Below are positions 25,501 through 38,100 of a DNA stretch of 64,000 bases, piece after piece. Origin of the DNA: Felis catus (taxonomy: Eukaryota). Each line of letters starts with the position of its first letter. Position 1 is the stretch's first letter. The notes beneath the pieces were generated by a model. The model ran no database searches and was not told where the DNA came from. It saw nothing but the letters and a program-made list of their open reading frames with translations. The position numbers and the translations under genes were made by a program. The DNA is taken from the NCBI RefSeq assembly GCF_018350175.1, contig NC_058368.1, positions 104,038,001-104,102,000 of the forward strand, in the 5' to 3' direction.

Positions 25501-26732
25501 CTCCTAGAAGAAACCATAATAATCTTTTTGACAATGATCTTAGCAACATTTTTTAGACATGCCTCACCAGGCAAGGGAAACAAAAGCAAAACAAACGACT
25601 GTGACTACAGCAAAATAAAAAGCATTTGCACAGTGAAGGAAACCATCAACAAAACAAGAAAAAAAAACCAACCTACTGAATGGGAGAAGTTATTTGCAAA
25701 TGAATATTTAATAAAGAATCGAAATCCAAACTATATAAAGAACTTAACTCAACACCAAAAGCCCTCAAATAACCCAATTAAAAATGAGCAGAGGACCTGA
25801 AAAGACGTTTTTCTAAAGAACACACACAACAAACAGAAACATGAAAAAATGTGTCTGATCATAATTAATCATCAAGGAATTACAAATCAAAACCACAATA
25901 AGGTATCACGTGTCACCTGTGAAAATGGCTACTATCAAAGTCACAAGAAATAACAAGTGTTGGTGAGGATATGGAGAAAAGGGAACCCTCTTATGCACTG
26001 TTGGTGGGATCATAAACTGGTATAGCCACTGTGGAATAGTATGGAAGCTCCTTAACAAATTAAAAATAGAAATGCCATATGATACAGTAATTCCACTACT
26101 GAGTATTTACCCAAGGAAAATTAAAACACTAATTTGAAAAGCTACATGCACCTCTATGTTTATTGCAGCATTATTTACAATAGCCAAGCTATGGAAACAA
26201 TCCAAGTGACGGTCAATAGACGAATGGATAAAAAAGAAGTGGTTATATACACAATGGAATATTAAGCAGCCATAAAAAAAGAATGAGATATTGCCATTTA
26301 CCTCAACATGGATGGACCTAGATGGGATTATGCTAAATGAAGTAAGTCAGAGAGACACAAACACCATGATTTTACTCACATGTGGAATCTAAAAAAAAAA
26401 AACAAAGTAAATAAACAAAAAAAAAAAAAAGGGAGAAAGAGATTTAGATGACAAACTGGTGGTTGCCAAAGGGGAGGAGTGTGGGTAGATGAGCAAAAAG
26501 GGGTGAAGGGAAGTGGGAGGTACAGACCTCCAGTTACGGAATGAGTAAATCACAGGGCTGAAAGGTACATCACAGGGAATATAGTCGCTGATATTGCGAT
26601 AGCATTTCATGGTAACAGATGGTAGCTACATTTGTGGTGAGCAATGCATAATTTACAGAGTTGTCAAATCACTATGGTATATTCTTGAAACTAATGTAAC
26701 ACTGTGTGTCAACCATACTTCAACAAAAAAAA
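19551..26732 (+). mobile_element. Apparently full-length but decayed carnivore L1 (5' UTR ~19.55-20.45 kb, ORF1 ~20.5-21.6 kb, ORF2 ~22.1-26.3 kb, 3' UTR), with SINE insertions near 20761, 22367, 24040 and 24227
   Basis: Carnivore L1 5' motif (ccctgaactcacctcc..ggacacaccaa); EN start (actttaaatgtaaatggcctaaatgctccaatcaaaagg); KSPGPDG and RT-region remnants; many stops and frameshifts. Confidence 0.9.
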
Positions 26733-26960
26733 CCCCTACCATGTACAACAATATAGATGAAACTTGAAATTATTACACCAAGTGACAAAGGTCACAGAAT
26801 GACAAATACTTTATAATCTGAGTTATGTGGCGGAGGCGGGGAAGTTTTACATAGACAATAGATTGGTGGTTTTCAGAGGCAGAGAGTGGAGGAGTGGGGA
26901 AAAATGGGTGAAGAGGGTCAAAAGGTACAAACTTTCAATTATAAAATAAATAAGTCATCA

Positions 26961-28384
26961 AGGCACAGACACTCAGATCAATGGAAGAGAATAGAGAACC
27001 CAGAAATGGACCCACAAACGTATGGCCAATTAATCTTTGACAAAGCAGGAAAGAATATCCAATGGAATAAAGACAGTCTCTTCAGCAAGTGGTGCTGGGA
27101 AAACTGGACAGTGACATGCAGAAGAATGAACCTGGACCACTTTCTTACACCATACACAAAAATAAACTCAAAATGCATGAAAAGACCTCAATGTAAGACA
27201 GGAAGCCATCAAAATCCTCGAGGAGAAAGCAGGCGAAAACCTCTTTGACCTCGGTGGCAGCGACTTGTTACTCAATACGTCTCCAGAGGCAAGGGAAACA
27301 AAAGCAAACATGAACTATTGGCACCTCATCAAAATAAAAAGCTTCTGCACAGTGAAGGAAACAAATCAGCAAAACTCAAAGGAAACTGATGGAATAGGAG
27401 AAGATATGTGCAAATGACATATCAGATAAAGGGTTGGTATCCAAAATCTATAAAGAACTTATCAAACTCAACACCCAAAAAACAAATAATCCAGAGAAGA
27501 AATGGGCAAAAGACATGAATAGACACTTCTCTAAAGACATCCAGATGGCCAACCGACACATGAAAAAATGCTCAACATCACTCATCATCAGGGAAATACA
27601 GATCAAATCCACAATGAGATACCACTTTACACCTGTCAGAATGGCTCACATTAACAACTCAGGCAACAACAGATGTTGGCGAGGATGCGGAGAAAGAGGA
27701 TCTCTTTTGCATTGTTGGTGGGAATGCAAGCTGGTGTAGCCACTCTGGAAAACAGTAGGGAGGTTCCTCAAAAAATTAAAAATAGAACTACCCTGCAACC
27801 CAGCAATTGCACTACTAGGTATTTATCCAAGGGATACAGGTGTGCTGTTTTGAAGGGACACATGCACCCCAATATTTATAGCAGCACTATCAACAATAGC
27901 CAAAGTATGGAAAGAGCCCAAATGTCCATCAATGGATGAATGGATAAAGATGTGGTATATATATTTACAATGGAGTATTACTCGGCAATCAAAAAGAATG
28001 AAATCTTGCCATTTTCAACTATGTGGATGGAACTAGACGGTATTATGCAAAGCGAAATTAGTCAGAGAAAGACAAATATCATATGATTTCACTCATATGA
28101 GGGCTTTAAGACACAGAACAAGTGAACATAAGGGAAGGGAAGCAAAAATAATATAAAAACGGAGGGGGACAAAACAGAAGAGACTCTTAAATATGGAGAA
28201 CAGAGGGTTACTGGAGGGGTTGTAAGAGGGGGGTGGGCTAAATGGGTAAGGGGCATTAAGGAATCTACTCCTGAAATCACTGTTGCACTATATGCTAACT
28301 AATTTGGACGTAAATTTTTAAAAAACAATTAAAAAATAAACAAATAAATAATAAAAATTTAAAACTTAAAATTTAAATAAGTAA
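26961..28384 (+). mobile_element. 5'-truncated felid L1 with TSD
   Basis: ORF2 3' region and 3' UTR, A-rich tail; TSD aaataagtcatca / aaatacgtcatca. Confidence 0.88.
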
Positions 28385-28584
28385 AATACGTCATCAGAAT
28401 ATAATGTACAGCATGGTGGCTAAATAATAGCATATTGCATGCTTGAAAGTTGCTAAGAGAAAAAATCTTAAAAGTTCTGATCAACAAGAAACAAAATTTT
28501 GTAACTATGTAAGGTGACCAATGTTAACTAGATGTATTGTGATCATTTCACAATATATACAAATATCAAATCATTACATTTTAT

Positions 28585-29283
28585 GGGCACCTGGGTGGCT
28601 CAGTCAGTTGGGCACCCGACTTTGGCTCAAGTCATGAGCTCACGTTGTGTGGGTTCGAGCCTGAGTCAGGCTCTGTGCTAACAGCTCAGAGCCTGGAGCC
28701 TGCTTCAGATTCTGTGTCTCCCTCTCTCTGTCCCTCCACTACTCACTCTCTGTCTTTCTCTGTCTCTCAAAAATGAATAAACATTTAAAAATTTTTTTTA
28801 AATCATTACGTTGTACACTTGAATGAATATGTTACATGTCAATTATACCTCAATTTAAGAAAAAATAGGGGCACCTGGGTGGCTCAGTCGGTTGAGCGTC
28901 CGACTTCGACTCAGGTCACCATCTCGCGGTCCGTGAGTTCGAGCCCCGCGTCGGGCTCTGGGCTGATGGCTCGGAGCCTGGAGCCTGCTTCCAATTCTGT
29001 GTCTCCCTCTCTCTCTGCCCCTCCCCCGTTCATGCTCTGTCTCTCTGTGTGTCAAAAATAGGTAAACATTAGAAAAAAAAATTTTTTTTAATAATTTCTG
29101 TTTTTAGCTACTCTTATTAATGCAAAATTCTTTTCAGTGTCTGCTTTTAATCTCTTAAAGGGCTATTATATGTCTAATTCTAGGGAATTGTATTTCCTTA
29201 GGGAAATTGTACTTCTAGGGAAGTGGATTTTCTCAAACATTTTATTTTTTTATGTTAGAGAAAGCTCACAAGCAGGGGAGAAG

Positions 29284-29325
<42 letters not shown>

Positions 29326-29602
29326 CTTAAGCAGGTTCCATGCCTAGCACAGAGACCAACACAGGGCTCAATGCCATGACCCTGGGATCATGACACAAGC
29401 TGAAATCAAGAGTTGGACACTCAACAGACTGAGCCAGCCAGGCTCCCCTCATCAAAGAACATTAAAAAAATTTTTTTTAATGTTTCTTTTTGAAAGAGAG
29501 TGTGAGCAGGGGAGGGCCAGTGATAAAGGGGGATAGAGGATCTGAAGCAGCCTCTCTCTCAAAATAAAATTTTTTTTTAATTTTTTTCAATGTGTATTCA
29601 TT

Positions 29603-29640
<38 letters not shown>

Positions 29641-29940
29641 CAAGCCACAAGCAGAGGAAGGGCAGAGAGGGAGACAAAGAATCAGAAGCAGGCTTCAGGC
29701 TCTGAGCTGTCGGCACAGAGCCTGACACTGGGCTTGAACCCACAAACTGTGAAATTATGACCCGAGCTGAAGCTGGATGCTCAGCCGACTAAGCCACCCA
29801 GGTGCCCCTCAAAAGAAAAATTTTAAAACAAAGATAATTTTTTAAATGCTAAGACTTCCTAACTTGAAAAAAAAAAAAAAGAGACCTGTTCTAATTCTTG
29901 TAGTTTCCTATTTGTTTCTAACCACTTTATATAGTCTGTC

Positions 29941-29987
<47 letters not shown>

Positions 29988-30345
29988 TCCAGTGTAACAA
30001 TAATCCAAGTATGTGGTAATGAAAAGTGGGAAGGGAAGATAGCCTTGCTTCCCATAGTTAAAACTACCTCAGGGGGTCTTGGGGAACCATGCAGCCCATT
30101 CGTCTTTTGTCTTAAAAATTCCTCTAGAGGGGCGCCTGGATGGATCAGTTGAGCGTCTGACTTTGGCTCGGGTCATGATCTCGCGGTCTGTGAGTTCAAG
30201 CCCCGCATAGGGCTCTGTGCTGACAGCTCAGAGCCTGGAGCCTGCTTTGGATTCTGTGTCTCCCTCTCTCTCTATCCCTCCCCCACTCATGCTCTGTCTC
30301 TCTCTGTCAAAAATAAATAAACATTAAAAAAATTTAAAAAAAAAA
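28585..30345. mobile_element. CanSINE cluster (+ 28585-28800, + 28868-29090, - 29240-29449, - composite 29470-29788, + 30129-30345)
   Basis: Heads and tails; TSD aaaaattcctctaga on the last. Confidence 0.9.
29943..29985. repeat. (CA)n microsatellite
   Basis: About 21 perfect CA units. Confidence 0.98.
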
Positions 30346-31009
30346 TTCCTCTAGAAAGTCTCACTGTGACTGCTCTGAAATGACCTTGACTATAAAAAGC
30401 CTGCTGATACACAAAAGTGAGAGAGGACGTCATACAGGGAATCATGCCTAACCGTCTGTCCTGCCACCATTGTCATGATTTGGGGACACGTTAGCTTGCC
30501 TCCTCCTGTCTCTAGAAAGCTACAGTTAGGCATTTTCAGAATGATCCTTATTCTGTTTCTAATGGTCCCTAAGCTACATGTGAATAAATAAATTCAGTCA
30601 CACATTTTTTTTCACTTTCCCTCCCCAAATGATAATGGGAGGACAGAACAGCCAGCAATCTCTGGACCTCAACAGTGTAGGCTCTGGCTTTTCCCCATTC
30701 TTGTGCCCTGGCCAGGCAGTGATCCCATGACCGCTTTGCTATTTTTCCATTTAAAGATGATGAGTGTGAACTCTATTCCTTGTTGTCTGCACATACATGG
30801 GCCACAGACGCAAGCAACAAAAATCTTCCCCAGGACCTAGAGCTGGGGGCTGTTTGCCCCAGGGTGAGCTACCCCAGGGAGTGCGGAGTCTAAGGCAGCA
30901 GAAGTAAGAGAGAAATAGGTTTGTTAGCTGCCGAAAGGAATGTGTGTGCACTTTTATCTAACCAGAATCACCACCAAAGCTTTCTAATTTGTTTTATTTC
31001 TGACTTTTA

Positions 31010-32970
31010 ATACTTCTATTGAGGTATAATTTATATACAGTAAACCATGCCTGTTTAAACTGCAGAATTTAAGTTGTGACCTAAGTATATACACGAAAAA
31101 CCATCACCACGATCGAGATAATAAACACATGCAACACACCCAAAAGTAATTCGTCCGCAATCCCTCTGTTGCGCCTCTCCTTACAAGGTCCATCCCCAAG
31201 CAACCACAGATCTGTTTTCTGTCTCTATGTATTAGTTTGTGTCTTCTAGAATTTTATATTAAAACCATACAGTACATACTGTTTGTCTGTAATCTTCCAT
31301 TGAGTATTTTAACATTTATCAACTTTCTGCATGTTTCAAGAATTCATTCCCTTCTTTGCTGAATAATACGTATGTATGTATGCACCACATATTATTTATT
31401 TATCAGCCCGTGGGTGGCTATTTTAGTTGTTTCTGGTTTTCGATTATCACAGACAAAGCTGCTATGAGTATTCCTGTAGAAGTCTCTGTATGGACATACA
31501 CTTTATTTGTCTTGGCTAAGGACCTAGCAGTGGAATGGCTGGTTCGTATAGAAAGTATATCCTTAACTTGTTAAGAAACTACCAGACTTTTCCCCAAGGG
31601 TACTAGTGAACATACCCACCAGCAGTACATGAAATTCCGAGTTTCTCTGGCATCCTCACCAACACCTGACACTTGATATGATCTGTCTTCCAAACTGTAG
31701 ACTTTCTAGCATCGGCGTATTGTGGCATCTCGTTGCAGTTCGAATTTGCATTTCCCTAAGGACTACAGATGTGGTCCATCTTTTCATGTGTTATCCGACA
31801 TCGTCTGTGTATCTTCCTTGGTGAAGAGTCTGTTCACACCTTTTGTCCATTTTTATAGGACTGTTTTCTTACTCTTGAGCTGTGAGGGTTCATTATATAT
31901 TTTGGATACAAGTCCTTTATGAGATATGAGATTTGCAAATATTTTCTTCCAGATGGTGGCTTGCCTTTCCATTCTCTTAGGTCTTTTTTTTTTTTTTTTT
32001 AATTTTGTATTTACTTTTGAGAGAGCACAAGCAGGGGAGGGGCAGAGAGAGGGGCACAGAAGATCTGAAGCAGGCTCTGAGCCAACAGGATGACGGCAGT
32101 GAGCCCAATGTGGGGCTCCTACTCACCAACCGTGAGATCATGACCTGAGCCGAAGCCTGACATGCGACCCTCTGACTGCCCAGGTGCCCCTCTTAATGCC
32201 TTTCCAAGAGAGGTTCTCTCCCCTCCAGGACTCTGCTCTGCAAACTCAAGCCGCCTGGGCTTAATCCTAGACCCATTCCTACAGCGGCTCCGCCCAGGTT
32301 CCCTTCCCTCCACCACAGCCTGCAAACTCCCTCCAGGCAGTCAGCTGGGACAATAGCAGGGCTCACTTCCATTGTTTCCCTTCTCTCAGGCAGGACTGCC
32401 CTTCCTTACCTGATTTCCAGAGTCCCGAAAATCATTGCTCATATAATTTGTCAGCGGTGTTTGGGTGTTGCAGGTGTTCAAACCAAACACAAATGGAGAC
32501 CAGCCTTGAAAATTCCCTGAGTCAACAAAACCAATGTAGCCCTACGAGCACAGCTTCGCTGAGCTTATTTTGCAGGACTGACCTCACCTGGGTCATTTCT
32601 TGTTTAGGCCTCTGGAATTCATAAGCAAAACCTGAACTGTTGCCCCACGTTGAGTAAGAGGTAACCACTGACCAATTCCCTATTGCTTAAGGCAAGTCTA
32701 AAATTATAACCAGTCGCTGTCAAGAATAAACAGTCACTGCCTTCTCACTATATAACTTAATATGCTTTCTAACAATATACCTCTGAGCCTCATTCACTAT
32801 TTGGCAACCAGATAACCAAACTGTCCTTCTGGTGTGTGCACAGTAAACTTATACTTATTACTACTTTAGTGATACCCTGGGGGTATCACTACTGCTACTG
32901 CTAAACTTTTCATAGGGACGAGAGGTCAAATCTAGTCCCTGGTAACTCCATCCTGGAAAGACATGGAATC
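31010..32970 (-). mobile_element. Old L1 in antisense: 3' end (31010-31980) joined to an L1 5'-end fragment (32190-32970), interrupted by a SINE and an LTR
   Basis: ttgaggtataatttatatacagtaaa (antisense L1M 3' end); aactccctccaggcagtcagctggg and ctagtccctggtaactccatcctgg (antisense L1M 5' end). Confidence 0.7.
32476..32905 (+). mobile_element. Probable ERV1-type solo LTR
   Basis: TG start, CCAAT-like and TATA-like boxes, AGTAAA signal, CA end; interrupts otherwise colinear L1 sequence. Confidence 0.55.
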
Positions 32971-33099
32971 CCCACACCAGAGAACGTCTTATCCCAAGGA
33001 CTACCAAGCAGGTAGAAAGAATTGTCAACTCGGTGACAGAAAAGGGAAACAACACTAACACAGCACACAGGTAGCAAACCTAGGTTGGGGGAAACAAGA

Positions 33100-34300
33100 G
33101 AGAGGTGGCTGACACTATTATAAAGCTTGGTCGCCCCCGGAGGGGCTCCAGGCAGCGGAAGCCCCGCGATCTGCGCCAGGGGCGCCCAGGGAGCGCTCAT
33201 GTCTCAGGGAAGCTGGTTCTGCAAATGCGGAGAGAACTGCAACCTGGATTCTGCGGCTGCAGCAGAAATAAACCCCCACAGTCAGGGTGAAGAAGCGAGA
33301 GTAAGGGGACAACACTCACTGGCACAGAAAGAAGTCGGGAAGCTCTCGGGAGCAAACAGGAAGGCGCAGTCCCGCTTTCGGTCCCAGCCTCACGGGCTCT
33401 CGCTGGCGCCCCCTAGCAGAGTCTAACGCGCAGCGGCGGGCGCAACAGAAACGCGGTTGGAAGAGTTTCAACACCGGCATCACAAAGCTGAATCTAGAAG
33501 GGAGGCCTTCGAGCTGAGGTTAGTAACTGGCTGATGTCCACCCCTCTGGCTGAGCCGTGCACGCTGGTCTAGGCATTTGGGAGCGCTCACACAAGAAACT
33601 CAACTCCAGGTTTCTGGCCAACAAGACGCAACTGTACCTCACGTACAGGAAGATGTCCTTGCGCTTACCTGAAAATGATGAGCTGCGAAGTCCCAGCCTG
33701 CGCGGGTCAGCGTCTGTGGTTCTGAGACTTCCGGGTGCTGCGTGCGGACCGGGCCTCCCGCCACCTCCACCTCTCCTGCCTCTGCCACCACCGCCGCCGG
33801 AGCCTCCTGCTTCCCGGTGCCCTGGTATTGGCGGTTCCAAGCATCAGTGATGAAGGAGCAGAAAGGGGGGGCCTGGATCTCTTCTTTGTGGGAGCAGAGA
33901 GACACCCGATTCCCCTGCGCGACGCCCCCTGCGCCGAGGCCGAGTTTGCCCTTTGACCCCTTCTCCAAGAAAGGTGGTGCAGGCTCCAGTTGTAGGCCAT
34001 AGAGGTGAGCTGGCAGCAGCCGGCAGAGCCCGACAAACTGGAGCAGGCACCTCAGGAGCCAGGAAGGCAGGAGGAGAAAGAGGAAACAGGGCCCGCTCTT
34101 GGGTATCCGTGCCAAGTCTCAGAGCCTCATCACGCAGGCCCTCCAGGACCAGAAGGCACACCGGGACAGGTGGTGCGCGCATCCTGGTTCAGCGAATTCC
34201 CGGTGACATATCCTCTGCCTGCCAGGAGGATGGGAAAACGGAAGCCCTGTGCCTGAAGCGGGCAGAGGAAATCCCACACGTGGGCCTCCCCTTGAGAGGG
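33100..34300. promoter_or_regulatory. Intergenic CpG-island-like GC-rich segment
   Basis: Visibly high GC and CpG density against a CpG-depleted background (not computed); TATAAAG at 33119-33125. Confidence 0.7.
33404..33422 (-). promoter_or_regulatory. Candidate CTCF binding site
   Basis: Minus strand ACTCTGCTAGGGGGCGCCA closely fits the CTCF core CCASYAGRKGGCRS. Confidence 0.65.
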
Positions 34301-34452
34301 ACTGAACCCTTCCTTCCCCAGGACTCCAGCTCCAGCACTGTCTGCCACCCCCTTCTCCTCTCTCTCCCTGGTGCTTGGCCCTAGCTCCTGGTCTGAGAAC
34401 TCCAGAAATGTCTGTACTAACTGGACCAAGACTGGGGGAAAAAAAAAAAAAA
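33480..34452 (+). pseudogene. Putative decayed intronless gene or retrocopy, parent not identified
   Basis: Coding-like GC3-rich codon runs, frames broken by TGA/TAG, Pro-rich stretch, UTR-like pyrimidine tail ending in A14 at 34439-34452; no AATAAA or TSD found. Confidence 0.4.
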
Positions 34453-35013
34453 CAAGGAATTGAAAGCTCCCTTTACATAATGAATTTTTCATATTTAACA
34501 GGTGTCGTTATTAACTCTTCCTCCCCACCAGAATAGTCTCTTCCCTAATGAGTAAGTTGTAAAGTCAGCCTCCAACGAAACTTGTATAAAGTACTAACAG
34601 GAGGGACAAGAGAAAAGGAGACAACTGTTACTCTACACACATTTATTATGATAATATGCCCTACAAATGCACTTGCACACGCGTACATGCACAAAGCAAA
34701 GAAGGACATACGCACAGTGGCTAGTCTTCATTTCTGCAAGTAATCACAAAGATATATTTATAACCTTCTTTCACTACCCATTTCATCCTCACACTCAGAA
34801 CCACAGCTGTTCACGCTTCTTTAGGTGCTCAGGTGATCCAAATCTTTATCCTGAAGGCTTTGAGTTCTGAGCTTTTTTTTTTTTTTTTTTTTTTTTTTGT
34901 GGTTTGTTGTTGCTGCTGTGTTGGTTGCCTGTTGACTCCATGGCATTAGGAGACGAAAATGGATCTTCGGCAGTGTTCTCTTCCAGCTCGATTGAAACAC
35001 TTGACCACTGGGA

Positions 35014-35026
35014 ACTACAGTCCCCA
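35014..35026 (+). promoter_or_regulatory. ACTACAnnnCCCA motif (ZNF143/THAP11-associated)
   Basis: ACTACAGTCCCCA fits ACTAYRnnnCCCR, inside quasi-palindrome ctggg...cccag (35008-35027). Confidence 0.35.
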
Positions 35027-35714
35027 GACTGGCAGGCTGAAAATTGCAGGGCAAAAAAGCAAGCGGGTTGTTCGTTGGCATAGTGAAAGCAGCCACGCCT
35101 GCCTCCAATGTTGGTTGGGAGACTATAGGAGAGATGCATGCATCTTGACTTCTGCTCCGCAGCACCTGCTGCGTCCTGTTAGAATAAAACAAAACAAACA
35201 AACAAACAAAAAACATGCTTTCTGGGTGTCTCTCCCAACTGGGAGCTTCACAGGGTCTTCAGTAGGCCATGCCATAGTCTTCTTAAGCCAGCAGCTGCTG
35301 ACAGAGTAGGAGACAAAAACCAGTGGATCCAATGAACACTAGCCCTCTGCTGAGAGTCTTTTGCTGTGGAATGGGCTTCTCGATCAGAAGCAATAAGGTG
35401 TGCAGTCCCCACGATGGTGAGTAAGTCAGAAACGTGATGGGCAAGGAAGCCAGCCCAATATTGAGAACACCTATCTATTCCAAGGAAGACAAATCTCTTT
35501 CCCCTCTGTGCTGGAAGAGAGATCCACACGAATAGGCTTGCTACCCAGTGGCTGGCTGGTCTGCAGAGGAGTGAGGCTATTCCCAAGGTTAGGCACTTAG
35601 GTCAGGCACTCAGCTGTGTCCACCCTCGTGAAGGGAAGTTTGTGTGGTTGAACCCACAACAAAACTTAATGATAATCAATCTTTATTCTCTATTTTATTT
35701 TAATGTTGAGGACT

Positions 35715-38015
35715 TTTAAATTTTTATTTATTTTTAAATGTTTATTTATTTTGAGAGAGAGAGTGCACACGTGAGGGGGGGGGGGCAGAGAGAGAGAGGG
35801 GGAGAGAGAATCTCAAGCAGGCTCCCAGCTGTCAGCACAGAGCTCCATGAGGGGGCTCCCATCCCATGAAGTGTGAGATCATGACCTAAGCCAAGATCAA
35901 GAGTCGGATGCTCAACCAACTGAGCCACCTAGATGCCCCTATTCTCTATTTTTTTAAGATTAAAATTTGGATGGGTTATTTTAGCTTGAACCCAGGGCAA
36001 GGATTCTAGCCCTTAGAGCCATACTTCCAAAAAAAAGAAAAAGTGAGATATTTACAGGTTCCAGTCTGCCTCCCCATCAGCGCTGACCTTGTTAAAATGC
36101 TATTTATTAAGTGATGCTCAGTTAGGAAGTCAGTCAGAGCCAGTCAGCTGTCGGGGTTGGGGGGGGGGTGAAGAAATTTCTAGATTGCATGCAATTAAAT
36201 GGTTCTGCTGACTCCTTCAGGAGAAAACAGCAGTGAATGAGCAATTGCTTTTCTTCCACAGGCTGTGGCCAATTTCCGTTCAAGGGTTAAACTCGCCCCT
36301 GGGAAATTAAGCCATTTCTTGCTAAACTAAGAAATAAGAACAACAGTCACATGACAACGCTGGGGCTCTGACACGGTTGATCTGTGTAACGCGGTGTGGA
36401 GGATGTGATGTGCTGTCGGCCTTACAGACAAGCAGACTGTGACCCAATTTGTTTGCCAGGCAGTTGTTCCACGGAGGTAGTTTACTGACAGAAGAAAATT
36501 GAAGGCAGAGTACTGATTGTACAATCAAAGCCAAGTGGCTGCTGAACTGAACGAAATGCTGTATAAATCCAGAAGTCACCCTGGAGTAAAGGAAATTAAA
36601 TAACAAGGGGGAAGACGGATTAACTCACAGTGAAACACTAGGTGATTCCTACCTGCATCTTCCTGTCCAACACTGATCTAGTGGCTAAAAAACTCAGTCA
36701 AGTTGTCTCCATCCAAGCGTTCGGATTCCTCCCTATGAGCAGAAACCTACTGGTAATCTTGGTAGAAGAAGTGAATAAGCTCAACACACACATCCTTGTG
36801 CTGTCATTGCTTTTTAACTCTTGAAAAACCGTAAGGGAGATTTCCAGTTGTATTTTACGTCCTTTCGCATGATCCGCGAGGAGTGTATAATTTTCGTGCT
36901 TTCCTCTAACACTATTTTCTGTGATGCTACAACACAAAATTTAGCTTGGGACCGGTCTGTCTTGCAGGCTTGGCCACTGGATTGACCCCACTGCACAAAT
37001 GGACTTGTGAACGAAGTTTTGTAAGAAAATAACATCATGTATGGACTTTTTTATTTTTAATTTTTTTTTAACGTTTTATTTATTTTTGAGACAGAGAGAG
37101 ACAGAGCATGAACGGGGGAGGGGCAGAGAGAGAGGGAGACACAGCATGGGAAGCAGGCTCCAGGCTCTGAGCCATCAGCCCAGAGCCCGACGCAGCGCTC
37201 GAACTCACGGACTACGAGATCGTGACCTGAGCTGAAGCCGGACGCCCAACCGACTGAGCCACCCAGGTGCCCCAATGTATGGACTTTCTAAGGGGCTTGA
37301 GACCCCTCAAGGCTCCTGATTTTTTTCCTTGTACTTTCACTGTCAGGAATAATCATTAATTTCAAAGAATGAATGATCATGAAAACGGGTCTCCAAAAGT
37401 GAGATGAGTTTGGTGGTCATTTGGAACAACTGTAAACCTTCCCAAGCAATTCAGTCATTTCTCCTTTTGAGGGCCACAGTATTAAATTAGGTGGGAATCC
37501 AAATGTTATGTCAAGTTGTCACTTCCAGAAGATGATTCTTCGAAATACACCCTCTCCTGACTTAGCTGGGGAAGGAAAGAACATGACTGGGTCCAACCAG
37601 AACTAGAGTCTCCCATTTTATTTTTAATTTTTTTTAACGTTTATTCATTTTTGAGAGACAGAGAGAGCATGAGCAGGGGAGGGGCAGAGAGAGAGGGAAA
37701 CACAGACTCCGAAGCAGGCTCCAGGCTCTGAGCTGTCAGCAAAGAGCTCAATGTGGGGCTCGAACTCACAGACCGCGAATTCATGACCAGGGCCAAAGTC
37801 GGCCATTTAACTGACCTAGCCACCCAGGTGCCCCTAGAGTCTCCCATTTTTACATGGTGAAGCCTAAGGGAAGGCTAAAATTTGCTACATAATGAAGCAC
37901 CTGGGTGGCTCAGTTGGCTAACCATCTGACTCTGGATTTCAGTCAATCACGATCTCAATTTGTGAGATCAAACCCTATGTTGGGCTCTGCCCTGACAGCA
38001 CAGAACCTGCTTGGG

Positions 38016-38055
<40 letters not shown>

Positions 38056-38100
38056 CCTACCTGCTGTCAAAATAAACAGATAACCATTAAAAAAAAAAAG
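35715..38100. mobile_element. CanSINEs (- 35715-35939, - 37047-37273, - 37615-37834, + 37897-38100)
   Basis: TSDs tattctctatttt, atgtatggacttt and tagagtctcccatttt. Confidence 0.93.

Larger units (their letters stand above)
18880..28865 (+). mobile_element. Older L1 3' end (L1MA9-like) split into three pieces (18880-19550, 26731-26960, 28385-28865) by two later L1 insertions and SINEs
   Basis: aagaatgaa at ~19545 continues as ccatgtacaacaatatagatga at ~26740; the 3' UTR continues after 28385 to atgtcaattatacctcaat. Confidence 0.75.

Noticed and set aside
19551..26732. Possible active full-length L1
   Set aside because: ORF1 and ORF2 are broken by many stops, frameshifts and four SINE insertions
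33660..33850. Resemblance of the GC-rich segment to PHD, RING or ETS motifs (CEV..HLSCL..PWY; LTYRKMS)
   Set aside because: Needs several ad hoc frameshifts and Cys/His spacing does not fit; no parent gene can be named without a search
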